Below are positions 9,335 to 18,225 of a stretch of DNA of 64,000 bases, one piece after another. Position 1 is the stretch's first letter; every line of letters starts with the position of its first letter. The notes under the pieces were generated by a model. It was not told the origin of the DNA, did not search any database, and was given only the letters and a program-made list of their open reading frames with translations. This DNA is from an uncultured delta proteobacterium (lineage in GTDB: Bacteria > Desulfobacterota > Binatia > Binatales > Binataceae), in the NCBI GenBank assembly GCA_963711565.1, contig CAVQEQ010000004.1, forward strand, positions 1,056,001 to 1,120,000. Direction: 5' to 3'. The position numbers and the translations under genes are program-made.

Positions 9335-9355
9335 TTTGCGTCAATCTGACACTTA
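9335..9355. promoter_or_regulatory. Putative NrtR operator
   Basis: 21-bp imperfect palindrome TTTGCGTCAATCTGACACTTA (GTC-n5-GAC core) just upstream of the nadA-nrtR operon. Confidence 0.65.
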
Positions 9356-9444
9356 CTCCACCCCGCGCGCCGGCGCAAGTCGTCTCCTGATCCGAAATAC
9401 CTCGCCCCAGTTAGGATGTTGCGTTTCGCGCCACATGCTATTCG

Positions 9445-9545
9445 CCTCTCCCACTTCGTTGTGGGAGAGGCCGCGCCGAAGGCGCGGGTGAGGCGAGCTT
9501 TACGGGAGAGGCGGCCGGCCGCATCGCGGCCGGTAGGTGAGGGTT
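9445..9545 (+). repeat. Degenerate family-B-like repeats (CCTCTCCC..GGGAGAGG..GGGTGAGG)
   Basis: CCTCTCCCA-n-TGGGAGAGG hairpin followed by a GC hairpin and GGTGAGG; a second partial unit follows. Confidence 0.7.
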
Positions 9546-9582
9546 CCGTGATTCAATCACAAAACCGGCTAGCAAGATTTTG

Positions 9583-9664
9583 TGTCATCCTGACGACCCG
9601 AGCATCGCGAGCGCTTGCTTGTCATTCCGACGACGGGAGCGACGCGACGGGAGGAAGGACCTCT
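9583..9664 (+). repeat. TGTCATCC/TGTCATTCC-type REP-like units (two tandem starts)
   Basis: TGTCATCCTGACGAC at 9583 and TGTCATTCCGACGAC at 9620, ending GAAGGACCTC. Confidence 0.55.
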
Positions 9665-9850
9665 GCCAAACTTTCGTCTCGCCGCCGGGTTCCGCGGGAT
9701 TACAGAGGTAGCCCTCGACGTGCAGCGCGCCGGCATCGGCGTCCAGGAACGCCGTCGGATAGCTCTGCGGAGTCTGAGAAACCACGCCGTGAGAGTAAGA
9801 CTCCGCAGCGTGCTACTAAACAGGGGAATTTAATTCCCCCTAAGAAAAGA

Positions 9851-10366
9851 TCACGCGGGTTTACGCGGGCGCTTCGACGGTTTCTTTGCTGCCAGCGTGG
9901 TCACCGGCGGCCGGGCAACGTACAACTGATATGCACGCTGGTTCACGGCGTTTGCAAGGCTGGATTCTACCCGACCTGAAGCCATGAGGTCGCGGCTCGC
10001 TGGTTTGAATGCGTTGGCGAGTTCGGTGCCTGCGATTAGCATCGCTCGCTTTTCGGGATAACCGAAGCGCGCGATCAATTCATCACGCAATCGTATCGCG
10101 TCCCATTCTGATTCGATTGCTTCCACGACCGCGGCCCTGACGCCCTCGATAGTTCCCGGATGCGGCTCGCGTATCTTTTCGCCCGCGTGCTTCGAAGCGA
10201 AGTCCAATTCAGCAGCCTTGAAGTCTTGCCCAACCCGTTCCGCGTGACTTTGTTCCGCGTCCGCGCGGAAGCAAGCTCCGCACCTGCTCGCCTTCATAAG
10301 CGCATTGACTAAGCGCTCGAAGATCGACAACCGCTGGCCGCACTTCGCGCAGTGCTTCCGTGGCAC
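9851..10366 (-). CDS. Hypothetical protein: N-terminal CxxC..CxxC plus a segment resembling phage Mu gpF
   Basis: HCAKCG..RCGAC; RFGYPEKRAMLIAGTELANA. Probable GTG start at 10366. Confidence 0.55.
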   Translation of the reverse strand: MPRKHCAKCGQRLSIFERLVNALMKASRCGACFRADAEQSHAERVGQDFKAAELDFASKHAGEKIREPHPGTIEGVRAAVVEAIESEWDAIRLRDELIARFGYPEKRAMLIAGTELANAFKPASRDLMASGRVESSLANAVNQRAYQLYVARPPVTTLAAKKPSKRPRKPA

Positions 10367-10373
10367 GCGCGGA

Positions 10374-10817
10374 TCAGCCTGGCTGTTGCGCGACGATCGC
10401 TTTCCCGCAAGCGCTCGAAATCTTGTGATCGGCGAGATCGCTGAACCACTGCTGGACGATGAAGCCGGCGCGCAGGTGCTCGATACCCGCTTTCTCGACC
10501 TCTGCGCCAACGTCCGGCTCGATTCCGAGAACATCGTGATTGGGATCGCCATTTTGGACTGTGCAGAACGCTCTTTCCACGATTTGACGTTCCGCCGTCG
10601 TGGCCGGCGCCGCCGCGGCTAGATCGTCGTTGCCGGAGGGAGCCAGCGCGGCGACTATCGCAATCACTACAAGCAGCGCGATCCCTCCGACGACAGCCAG
10701 GGCGATTTTAGTGCCACGTGCCATCCCCGCCGGCTGTCCCTGCCCGCAATGCGGACAATGTCTAGCTGTGGCCGATACTTCCTTGCCGCACGTTTTGCAG
10801 TTCGCCAGTTTGGCCAT
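10374..10817 (-). CDS. Zinc-ribbon plus single-TM hypothetical protein
   Basis: CKTCGKEVSATARHCPHCG followed by a hydrophobic helix; GGAGG RBS. Confidence 0.75.
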   Translation of the reverse strand: MAKLANCKTCGKEVSATARHCPHCGQGQPAGMARGTKIALAVVGGIALLVVIAIVAALAPSGNDDLAAAAPATTAERQIVERAFCTVQNGDPNHDVLGIEPDVGAEVEKAGIEHLRAGFIVQQWFSDLADHKISSACGKAIVAQQPG

Positions 10818-11189
10818 TTTAAATCCTCCCCTTCTTTACTCCAACGACGGGCGGCGCGTGGCCGCGATGATTTTGTGTGCCGCAGATTGTGATCACCCTT
10901 CACTGAATCTTCCGGCTCGACTCTTGACTCCTGCGAAGGGCCGTCGCCGAGACTCAGTAACTGCGAAAATTCTTTTGCTTGCGATCCTCTTTGTCGGCCA
11001 TTGGTCGGCACCCCGCATCTACCAGTTACATACTCAAGCCGATAGGCTGCCGACAAGCCGGACAGCTTCGCGCACGCGAAGCCGGTTCCGGTTCCGAAAA
11101 TCGCGCAGCGCTCCTTCCCTCGCTCAGGCCCTCGGATTCTCGTACTCTCCCCACAATCCGGATGAATCACGCCATCAGGAGCGAAACCA

Positions 11190-12336
11190 ATGGACGAACT
11201 ACCAGATCGCGAAATCATCGCCACCGTCCGCCGCTTCGTCGAGCGCGACGTAATTTCCAACGCTTCCGCCCTCGAGCATCGCGACGAATACCCGCATGCG
11301 ATGGTCGCGACGATGCGCGAGCTCGGCCTCTTCGGCGCCACCATCCCGGCCGAGCACGGCGGCCTCGGCCTCAGCTTCACAACCTACGCGCGCGTGATGG
11401 AAGAACTCGCGCGCGGATGGATGTCGCTGGCCGGCGTCATCAACAGCCATCTCATCATGGCCTTCATCATTGCCAATCACGGCACCGACGCGCAGAAAAA
11501 ATATTTCCTGCCCGCGATGGCGCGCGGCGAAAAACGCGGCGGCCTCGCGCTCACCGAACCGCATGCCGGCAGCGACGTGCAATCGATTCGCACCACCGCC
11601 GTCCGCCGCGGCGATGACTACATCCTCGCCGGCTCGAAGATGTTCATCACCAACGCGCGCCACGGTACGATGCTCGCCGTCGCCGCCAAGACCAACCCTC
11701 ACGCCGATCCCGCCTACGCCGGCATCAGCATGTTCGCCGTCGAGAAGTCCGACCGCGGTCCCACCGTCAGCCGCAATCTCGACAAGCTCGGCTACAAGGG
11801 CATCGACACCTGCGAAGTTCTGTTCGAAGACGTCAGTGTCCCTGCCGCAAATCTGATCGGCGCCGCCGAAGGCGCGGGCTTCAAACAAGTGATGAGCGCA
11901 CTCGAGGTCGGACGCATCAACGTCGCCGCGCGCGCCGTGGGAGTAGGGCAGGCTGCCTTCGAAACCGCAATCCGCTACGCGCAACAGCGCACCGCATTTG
12001 GCAAACCGATCTGCCAGCATCAAGCAGTCCAGTTGATGCTCGCCGACATGGCGACGCGCGTCGAGGCCGCGCGCCTGATGGTCGCCAGCGCGGCCCGCAA
12101 AAAACGCCGGCGAACGATGCAACGTCGAAGCCGGGATGGCGAAACTCTTCGCCTCGGAAGCCTGCGCAAAAATCTCGCTGGACGCGATGCGCGTGCTCGG
12201 CGGCTACGGCTTCATGGCCGACTTCCCGGTCGAAAGATTCTACCGCGACGCCCCACTGATGATGATCGGCGAGGGCACCAACGAAATCCAGGCGCTAGTA
12301 ATCGCCCGCGGCCTCTTAGCGCGCTATCCGATCTGA
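11190..12336 (+). CDS. Acyl-CoA dehydrogenase, frameshifted near 12099-12105 (artefact or pseudogene)
   Basis: ALTEPHAGSD, GSKMFITN, QRTAFGKPI; the C-terminus (AGMAKLFASE..ERFYRDA..IGEGTNEIQ) continues in another frame after an A6 run. Confidence 0.88.
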
Positions 12337-12351
12337 TCTTTACTTTTGGTA

Positions 12352-12384
12352 CCCTTCCCTCGAGGGAACGGGTCAGGGGTTAGG
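12352..12384 (+). repeat. Repeat family A, copy 2 (slightly degenerate)
   Basis: CCCTTCCCTCGAGGGAACGGGTCAGGGGTTAGG. Confidence 0.85.
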
Positions 12385-12411
12385 TTCTTCGCATCGAGCT
12401 CGCTGCTCGCC

Positions 12412-13143
12412 TCATTCCCCGCGCGCCAACTCGTGCAGCGCCCGGGCGCATTCCACCGGATGCGTAAACATCACCTCATGCCCGCTCTTCACGAACTTGA
12501 GCGTCGGATTCTTAAGCCTGCTCGAATAGAACGGATGCCAATTCGGCGCGCCCGCGATCGGCGTCTGATCGTCCTCGCACACGATATAGCTGCTCGGAAT
12601 TCCGGTCGCGAAGTAGGGCGCCATCGCGATCGGCGCGACCAGCGGTGCAATCGGCTCCGGCCCCAGCGCCGACAGCACGTATTCCCTCACCGCCGGCGCC
12701 ATATCATTCGCGAGCCCGTCGAGAAATTCCTTGCCCATCACTTCGATCGTTGTCGATCGCTCGGGCATCGACTCCATCGCCGCCGCCAGCGGCAACGTCG
12801 CCGGGTCGATGATCGGCTGCCCGTCCAACGCCACCATCGCCGTCACCCACACGACGCGCTTGATCCGCGCCGGAATCTTCGCTGCCACTCCGGAAATCGT
12901 AAGCCCGCCCAGACTATGCCCCGCGAGCACGACGCCTTTCAGATCGTGCCGCTCGACAAACTCCGCGACGCTATCGACATAACTCTCGAGCGTAACCTTC
13001 GACCTATCCGCCCGATTCATCCCATGCCCCGGCAGATCAACCGCGTAAGCCCGGTCTCCCAGCTTCTCGAGCTGATTGATCACCGCCGCCCAGCACCACG
13101 CTCCATGCCATGCGCCATGTACCAAAACAAAAGTCTCCGCCAT
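12412..13143 (-). CDS. Alpha/beta hydrolase (methylesterase/Abhydrolase_6-like)
   Basis: FVLVHGAWHGAWCW, GHSLGG nucleophile elbow, SGHEVM. Confidence 0.9.
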   Translation of the reverse strand: MAETFVLVHGAWHGAWCWAAVINQLEKLGDRAYAVDLPGHGMNRADRSKVTLESYVDSVAEFVERHDLKGVVLAGHSLGGLTISGVAAKIPARIKRVVWVTAMVALDGQPIIDPATLPLAAAMESMPERSTTIEVMGKEFLDGLANDMAPAVREYVLSALGPEPIAPLVAPIAMAPYFATGIPSSYIVCEDDQTPIAGAPNWHPFYSSRLKNPTLKFVKSGHEVMFTHPVECARALHELARGE

Positions 13144-13161
13144 TTTCTTTTCCCCTGTATG

Positions 13162-13291
13162 TTACCACTCCCTTCGGGAGAGGACGCGACTCCGTCGCGG
13201 GTGAGGGCGCCCGCATCCAGCTCGATTCCCACGCCCTCACCCGTGCGCGACACAAGTGTCGCCGCACGACCTCTCCCGAAGGGAGAGGTAA
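13162..13291. repeat. Family-B-like inverted repeat pair
   Basis: TTACCACTCCCTTCGGGAGAGGACG versus CGACCTCTCCCGAAGGGAGAGGTAA (2 mismatches); inner GGGTGAGGGCG/CGCCCTCACCC. Confidence 0.85.
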
Positions 13292-13344
13292 TTCTTCCTC
13301 GCCAAACTTCCGACCAGGGACGAAGTCTCGCCTCTTCTCTTAAT

Positions 13345-13402
13345 ACTAAGGTGCAGGGCTTAGCCCTGCCGAAGGAAGCATGAAACCCACCGTGGGTTTC
13401 AT
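13345..13402 (+). repeat. Repeat family C, copy 2
   Basis: GGTGCAGGGC-TTA-GCCCTGCC..ATGAAACCCA-CCG-TGGGTTTCAT. Confidence 0.9.
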
Positions 13403-13424
13403 TTGGATTAAGTTCCTACTTCCC

Positions 13425-14633
13425 CTAACTCGCGACCGCCGTGACTTCCTGCCCCTCTTTCAACGTCGCCGCCGGCACCACGATCACCATCTCGCCGCCG
13501 CTCAGTCCATTCTTGACCTCGACCCCGTCCTGGTATTCGCGCCCGACCGTGATCGGCGCCAGATGGATCGTGTCGCCGCGCACGACCCAGACCGAATTCG
13601 CGCTGCCGTCCGTGACGATCGCCTTCTTCGGCACCAGCACCATCGGCGCCGTCGCCGCATTCGTCATGATCGATTGGAAGGTGACCTTGGCGCTCATTTC
13701 CGGCTTGATAATTTTCAGGTCTGGCTGCAGGATTCGCACTTCGACTTTCACCGTGCCTTTCTGCCGGTCCGCCTCGGGATAAATCTTCGCCACCTGCGCC
13801 GGGAACGGATCGTCGGGATACGCGTCCGGGATCACCGTCGCCGGCGTGCCCATCTTGACCTTTGCGATATCGCTTTCGTTGATATCGACTTCGCAGCGCA
13901 TATCGGTCAGGTCCGCGAGCTGCGCGATATCCGTGGCGCCGCCGCCCGCCTGGATTTCGCCGCCATAGTTAATCGTGTCGCCCAGTTCGCGATACTTCTG
14001 CAGCACCACGCCGTTGATCGGCGACGTGATCACGGTCTGGCTCACGTTGAATTTCGCGAATTCGATTTCGCCGTCCGACTTCTTGAGGTTCGCCTCCGCC
14101 ACCGACAGCTGATTCTCCGCGTCGTCGAGCGAGTCCTTCGACTCCACGCCCTGTGCGTAGAGCGTGCGCATCCGATCCGCGCGCGCCCGCTTCAGCACCA
14201 GGTCGGCCGCCGCCAAATCGCGATCCGCATACGCCTGCTTCAGTTGCGCCTGGTAATCGCGATCGTCGATTCGCGCAAGCAGGTCGCCGACCTTGACCCG
14301 CTGCCCTTCCTCGATCGGCTCGGCCACGATCTGCCCGAGAATCTTGGTGCCAATCACGATGTACTTGTGCTTCGTGATTACATAGCCGCTGCCGGTCAGC
14401 ACGGTGCCCGCCTGTCCCGCCTGCTTGACGCTGACGATCGCGGTCTGCACTTCGGGCGGCCGCCCGAGCGTCTTCTGATAGACGACATAGCCCGCCGCGC
14501 CTACCACGGCGAGAATCACGATCGTGATCGCCGCCGGTACCAGCCGGCTCGGTTTCTTCGGCTGCGCCGCGCGCGCAATCCGGAGCGACTCGAGCTCGCG
14601 GATATTCGGTCCTTTTGGCGCTTCAGTGGACAA
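13425..14633 (-). CDS. Efflux periplasmic adaptor subunit (MacA/HlyD family)
   Basis: N-terminal TM, lipoyl half-motifs (EEGQRVKVGDLLARID; ITSPINGVV), EVDINESDI. Confidence 0.9.
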   Translation of the reverse strand: MSTEAPKGPNIRELESLRIARAAQPKKPSRLVPAAITIVILAVVGAAGYVVYQKTLGRPPEVQTAIVSVKQAGQAGTVLTGSGYVITKHKYIVIGTKILGQIVAEPIEEGQRVKVGDLLARIDDRDYQAQLKQAYADRDLAAADLVLKRARADRMRTLYAQGVESKDSLDDAENQLSVAEANLKKSDGEIEFAKFNVSQTVITSPINGVVLQKYRELGDTINYGGEIQAGGGATDIAQLADLTDMRCEVDINESDIAKVKMGTPATVIPDAYPDDPFPAQVAKIYPEADRQKGTVKVEVRILQPDLKIIKPEMSAKVTFQSIMTNAATAPMVLVPKKAIVTDGSANSVWVVRGDTIHLAPITVGREYQDGVEVKNGLSGGEMVIVVPAATLKEGQEVTAVAS

Positions 14634-14637
14634 AGGG

Positions 14638-15801
14638 TCACACGCTCCTCAAAGCATCTACCACCGGCATTTTCATCGCCTGCCGCGCGGGAAGCCAGCC
14701 CCCGACCATACCCATTACGGCGGCGAAAATCAGCGCCTCGATCACTATCGCAAACGTGACGCGGAAGCTGAATGCCAGCGTCGAGAACGTGACAAAATTG
14801 CCGAACGTCGTCGACAGCCCGTTAATTGGCAGCGCGATTATAATTCCGATCACGCCCGCCGCCACCGCCAGCACCAGCGATTCGAGCAGGAACAACGTCA
14901 TCACCGCGATCGGCGCGAAACCGAGCGCGCGCAGCGTGCCGATTTCAGTCGTCCGCGACGAGACCGCCGCGTACATCGTATTCATCGCGCCGAAAATCGC
15001 GCCTACCGCCATTATCACCGCGACGATCATCCCCAGCACCCGCATCTGGTTGGCGACCACCGCCTGATCCTTGTAGTAGTCCGCCTCGGTCTCCGCCTGC
15101 AGATTTATTCGCGGATCGTCGGCCAGCCGCCGTATCAACGCCCCGGTGTCCGCGCCCGGCGCGAGTTTCAAGCGCACGTCGGCGTAGTACGCGCCGCGCT
15201 GCGCGTCGTCCTGCACGTTATGAATATCGCCCCACACCTCGGACTCGAACGATCCGCCGTCGGCCGCGAAAATCCCGACCACCTTCCAGTTGCCGCGTCC
15301 GAAGCGCAGGGTGTCGCCGAGCTGCATATTCTCGTAATGCCCCTGTAAGCCCTTCCCGACAATCACTTCATTGACTGAAGGATTAAACATCCGCCCTTCG
15401 ATAATCTTCACCTTCGGATGTACTTTCAGCGCGATCGGTAGCACTCCGCGCACGACTATATTGTCGCGTCCGCCGCCCGTGCGATCCATCAGCGCCTGCA
15501 CCGGCAATTCCGGCGACACATCCACGGTCCCATCCGGCTCGCGCCGAATCTGCGGCAGAAATTTCATCGCATCGAACTGATCGAGCTGAATCGCCGAGTA
15601 GGTCTCGGTGGTAGCCCCCTTGCGCAGCACAATTACGTTATCCGGATCCCCAGTATCCGAAATCGCCGAATTAAGCCCCGCGACTAACGCCATCACGATC
15701 ACAAACACGCAAACGACCAGCGCAATCCCGCCCCCAGTCATAGCAGTAGAAACCCGCCTAACCAGCAGCGACCTAACATTATATTTCAGCGGTATCGCCA
15801 T
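14638..15801 (-). CDS. ABC transporter permease (MacB/FtsX family)
   Basis: RTTEIGTLRALGF motif; one TM, large periplasmic domain, then three TM. Confidence 0.9.
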   Translation of the reverse strand: MAIPLKYNVRSLLVRRVSTAMTGGGIALVVCVFVIVMALVAGLNSAISDTGDPDNVIVLRKGATTETYSAIQLDQFDAMKFLPQIRREPDGTVDVSPELPVQALMDRTGGGRDNIVVRGVLPIALKVHPKVKIIEGRMFNPSVNEVIVGKGLQGHYENMQLGDTLRFGRGNWKVVGIFAADGGSFESEVWGDIHNVQDDAQRGAYYADVRLKLAPGADTGALIRRLADDPRINLQAETEADYYKDQAVVANQMRVLGMIVAVIMAVGAIFGAMNTMYAAVSSRTTEIGTLRALGFAPIAVMTLFLLESLVLAVAAGVIGIIIALPINGLSTTFGNFVTFSTLAFSFRVTFAIVIEALIFAAVMGMVGGWLPARQAMKMPVVDALRSV

Positions 15802-15870
15802 CTCACTTCAGTCCCCCTTTCCGTCTTCCCCTCTCCCCATTCTGGGAGAGGAGAAGAAGCGTGTCCATTC

Positions 15871-16120
15871 CTAACCTCTCCTTGTCCGAGGAGAGAGCCT
15901 GCCCTGAGCCTGCCGAAGGGTCGGCGAAAGCCGCCTGTAAAGCGGTGTCGCCGGGAGAGGTACAACGCCAGTCATCGCACCACCTCATACTTATCTCTCC
16001 AATCCAGACACTCGTGCGGCGTCGCGCATAGCACCTCTTCTTAACCCTCTCCTCGGACAAGGAGAGGGCACTGAATAAATCCGGTCCCCCTTCCCTCGAG
16101 GGAAGGGGTTAGGGGTTAGG
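15871..16120 (+). repeat. Composite repeat unit (B with 24-bp insert + inverted B half + A copy 3 at 16087-16120)
   Basis: Collinear with 17447-17695 over about 250 bp. Confidence 0.9.
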
Positions 16121-16218
16121 TAGCACTCATCCATCACAGTTCCCGCCAACTCGCTCCCTCATTCATTCCACGCGCCCCTGACAGCAAAGTAGCGCGCCGC
16201 GCGCAACTTTGCTCTTCA

Positions 16219-16244
16219 CACTGGGTGCAGGGCTCAGCCCTGCC
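16219..16244 (+). repeat. Repeat family C, copy 3 (first hairpin only)
   Basis: CACTGGGTGCAGGGCTCAGCCCTGCC, identical to the start of the 18154 copy. Confidence 0.85.
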
Positions 16245-16275
16245 GCCCGCCGCGCAGGCGATTATTTCCTGCTCC

Positions 16276-17415
16276 TCACGCCACCGTCCTCAACGCATCC
16301 ACAATATTCCTCCGCGCCGCCGATCTGGCCGGCACCATCGCACTGAACAAGCCAATCAGCGCCGCTATCACCAGGGTCTCCGCCAATACCACCGGCGGCA
16401 TCCGGATCGTCCCCAGCGGTCCGCCCATGTTGCCGACCGAAAAAGCCTTCAGCGCCAGATACGCCGATCCGCATCCTATTATTCCGCCGATAAGTCCTAT
16501 CAGCAGCGACTCCGCCAATAGCAGCGACAAAATCGTGCGCGACGTAAATCCTATCGAGCGCATCACCGCTATCTCGCCGCGCCGCTCCCGAATCGACATC
16601 GCCGCCGTATTCGCCGCCACCAGACCTATCGTCAGCACCACGATAAAGCCCAGCAGCTCCGCCATCCTGAAAAACGTGCGGTACTGTTCCATGAAGCTGC
16701 CGATAAACGCCGCCTCCGATTCCGAGATCGTCTCCGCCGACGAGTTGGCAAAGCCTTCGTCTATCGCCGCGATCACCTGCGGAACGTTCTCCGGCTTGTC
16801 AACTCTGACCCAGATATTATCGACGACTCCCGGCCGCCCGGCCGCCTCTTCCAGGTAGTCTCTCCTGAACAGCAGAAAATCCGGCGGCGCCTTGCCGCCG
16901 ATCGTACCGACGATTTGCAGCGTCACGTTGAACGGGTAGAGCGTGCCTTTGAGCTGAATCTGCTGCCCGACCCGCAGATGGAACCGCTTCATCGTGTCGC
17001 CGCCGACGAGCGCCGCCGTGCGAATCTTCTTGAACTGCGCGAACGCCTCCGGGCTGATTCCCCAGTCGGTCCACATCTTGTCAACGTCCTCGGGATCGGC
17101 CGCCAGGTTGGGAAACTGATCGTAGACCTCATGGTAAACGCCGCCGAACCAGCTCTCCGGCACCACCACCTCGACATGCGGCACGGCGATTATTCGCTGC
17201 TTGTAGGCGACCGGAATCGAGTAGGCGAGCCCGGCCTTGTTATGCGTCGCGACGCGCGTCAACGAAGCCGTATTTCCAAGAATCTCGTTAGCCACAGTCG
17301 GAATACTGACCAGCGCGGAAAAAATAAACAGAGAAACCGCAATCGACAAAACGGTAAGAAAGGTCCGCCGCTTCGAGCGCAGCAAATTCTTAAATATCAG
17401 CGCCAAGTACTTCAT
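16276..17415 (-). CDS. ABC transporter permease (MacB/FtsX family)
   Basis: KNLLRSKRRTFLT N-terminus; RERRGEIAVMRSIGF. Confidence 0.9.
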   Translation of the reverse strand: MKYLALIFKNLLRSKRRTFLTVLSIAVSLFIFSALVSIPTVANEILGNTASLTRVATHNKAGLAYSIPVAYKQRIIAVPHVEVVVPESWFGGVYHEVYDQFPNLAADPEDVDKMWTDWGISPEAFAQFKKIRTAALVGGDTMKRFHLRVGQQIQLKGTLYPFNVTLQIVGTIGGKAPPDFLLFRRDYLEEAAGRPGVVDNIWVRVDKPENVPQVIAAIDEGFANSSAETISESEAAFIGSFMEQYRTFFRMAELLGFIVVLTIGLVAANTAAMSIRERRGEIAVMRSIGFTSRTILSLLLAESLLIGLIGGIIGCGSAYLALKAFSVGNMGGPLGTIRMPPVVLAETLVIAALIGLFSAMVPARSAARRNIVDALRTVA

Positions 17416-17446
17416 CGCGCCACCTTCATCCTTATACCTCCTGCTC

Positions 17447-17695
17447 CTAACCTCTCCTTGTCCGAGGAGAGAGCCTGCCCTGAGCCTGCCGAAGGGTCGG
17501 CGAAAGCCGCTCGAAGAGCGGCGTCGCCGGGTGAGGTACAACGCCAGTCACCGCACAGCCGCATACTTACCTCTCCGAGCCCGACACTCGTGGCGCGTCG
17601 CGCGTCGCACCTCTCCCTAACCCTCTCCTCGGACAAGGAGAGGGCACTAAGCAATCCGGTCCCCCTTCCCGCGCGGGAAGGGGTTAGGGGTTAGG
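17447..17695 (+). repeat. Composite repeat unit, second copy (A copy 4 at 17662-17695)
   Basis: Same B+insert / inverted B / A order as 15871-16120; the A centre is GCGC instead of TCGA. Confidence 0.9.
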
Positions 17696-17716
17696 TTCCT
17701 GAGCATCACAACCACC

Positions 17717-18112
17717 TCAAGCGCCCTCAGCCATCGCCGCCGCCGAACTCTTAGTCCTAATCTCCAGTACATGATTCGCAAGATCGAAGAAGTAAACGAC
17801 GCGCCCGCCATGCGACTCATCCACCTTCATATCCCCGAGCGACCACGGCTGACTGCCATAACTCAGCCCCTCTTTCTTGATCCGCCCGAATATCGCGTCG
17901 AACTCCTCTTCACTGACATGGAACGCATAATGATGGACGCCGAAATTCTCCCAGCGGTCATCGAAGTCCATCGTCAGCGTCCCATTCACCCGCACTGGCG
18001 CGAACGGACCCATCGGCCCGTCGTAACTAAGTCCAAAAAGCTTCGCAAAGTACTTGGCCGACGCAACCTTATCCCGCGCCGGAACGATAGTGTGATCCAA
18101 TACAATAGCCAT
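17717..18112 (-). CDS. VOC/glyoxalase family protein
   Basis: LDHTIVPARDK..SA, HHYAFHVSEEEFDAIFGR, GGRVVYF.D..HVLEI. Confidence 0.88.
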   Translation of the reverse strand: MAIVLDHTIVPARDKVASAKYFAKLFGLSYDGPMGPFAPVRVNGTLTMDFDDRWENFGVHHYAFHVSEEEFDAIFGRIKKEGLSYGSQPWSLGDMKVDESHGGRVVYFFDLANHVLEIRTKSSAAAMAEGA

Positions 18113-18153
18113 AGTCACACCTCCTACAAATTAATCCGTGCGTTATCTCCTAA

Positions 18154-18211
18154 CACTGGGTGCAGGGCTCAGCCCTGCCCAGGGAAGCGTGAAACCCAGG
18201 AGGGGTTTCAC
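18154..18211 (+). repeat. Repeat family C, copy 4
   Basis: CACTGGGTGCAGGGCTCAGCCCTGCCCAGGGAAGCGTGAAACCC-AGGAG-GGGTTTCAC. Confidence 0.9.
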
Positions 18212-18225
18212 ATTCAATTAGTTCC

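Noticed and set aside
12099-12105. Programmed ribosomal frameshift in the acyl-CoA dehydrogenase
   Set aside because: No precedent known to me in this family, and three similar homopolymer breaks in the window point to sequencing error.
15803-17654. Similar short ORFs and N-terminal extensions (e.g. AAFADPSAGSGQALSSDKER; NPFPRGKG at 2710-2762)
   Set aside because: They are translations of the repeat elements, not independent genes.
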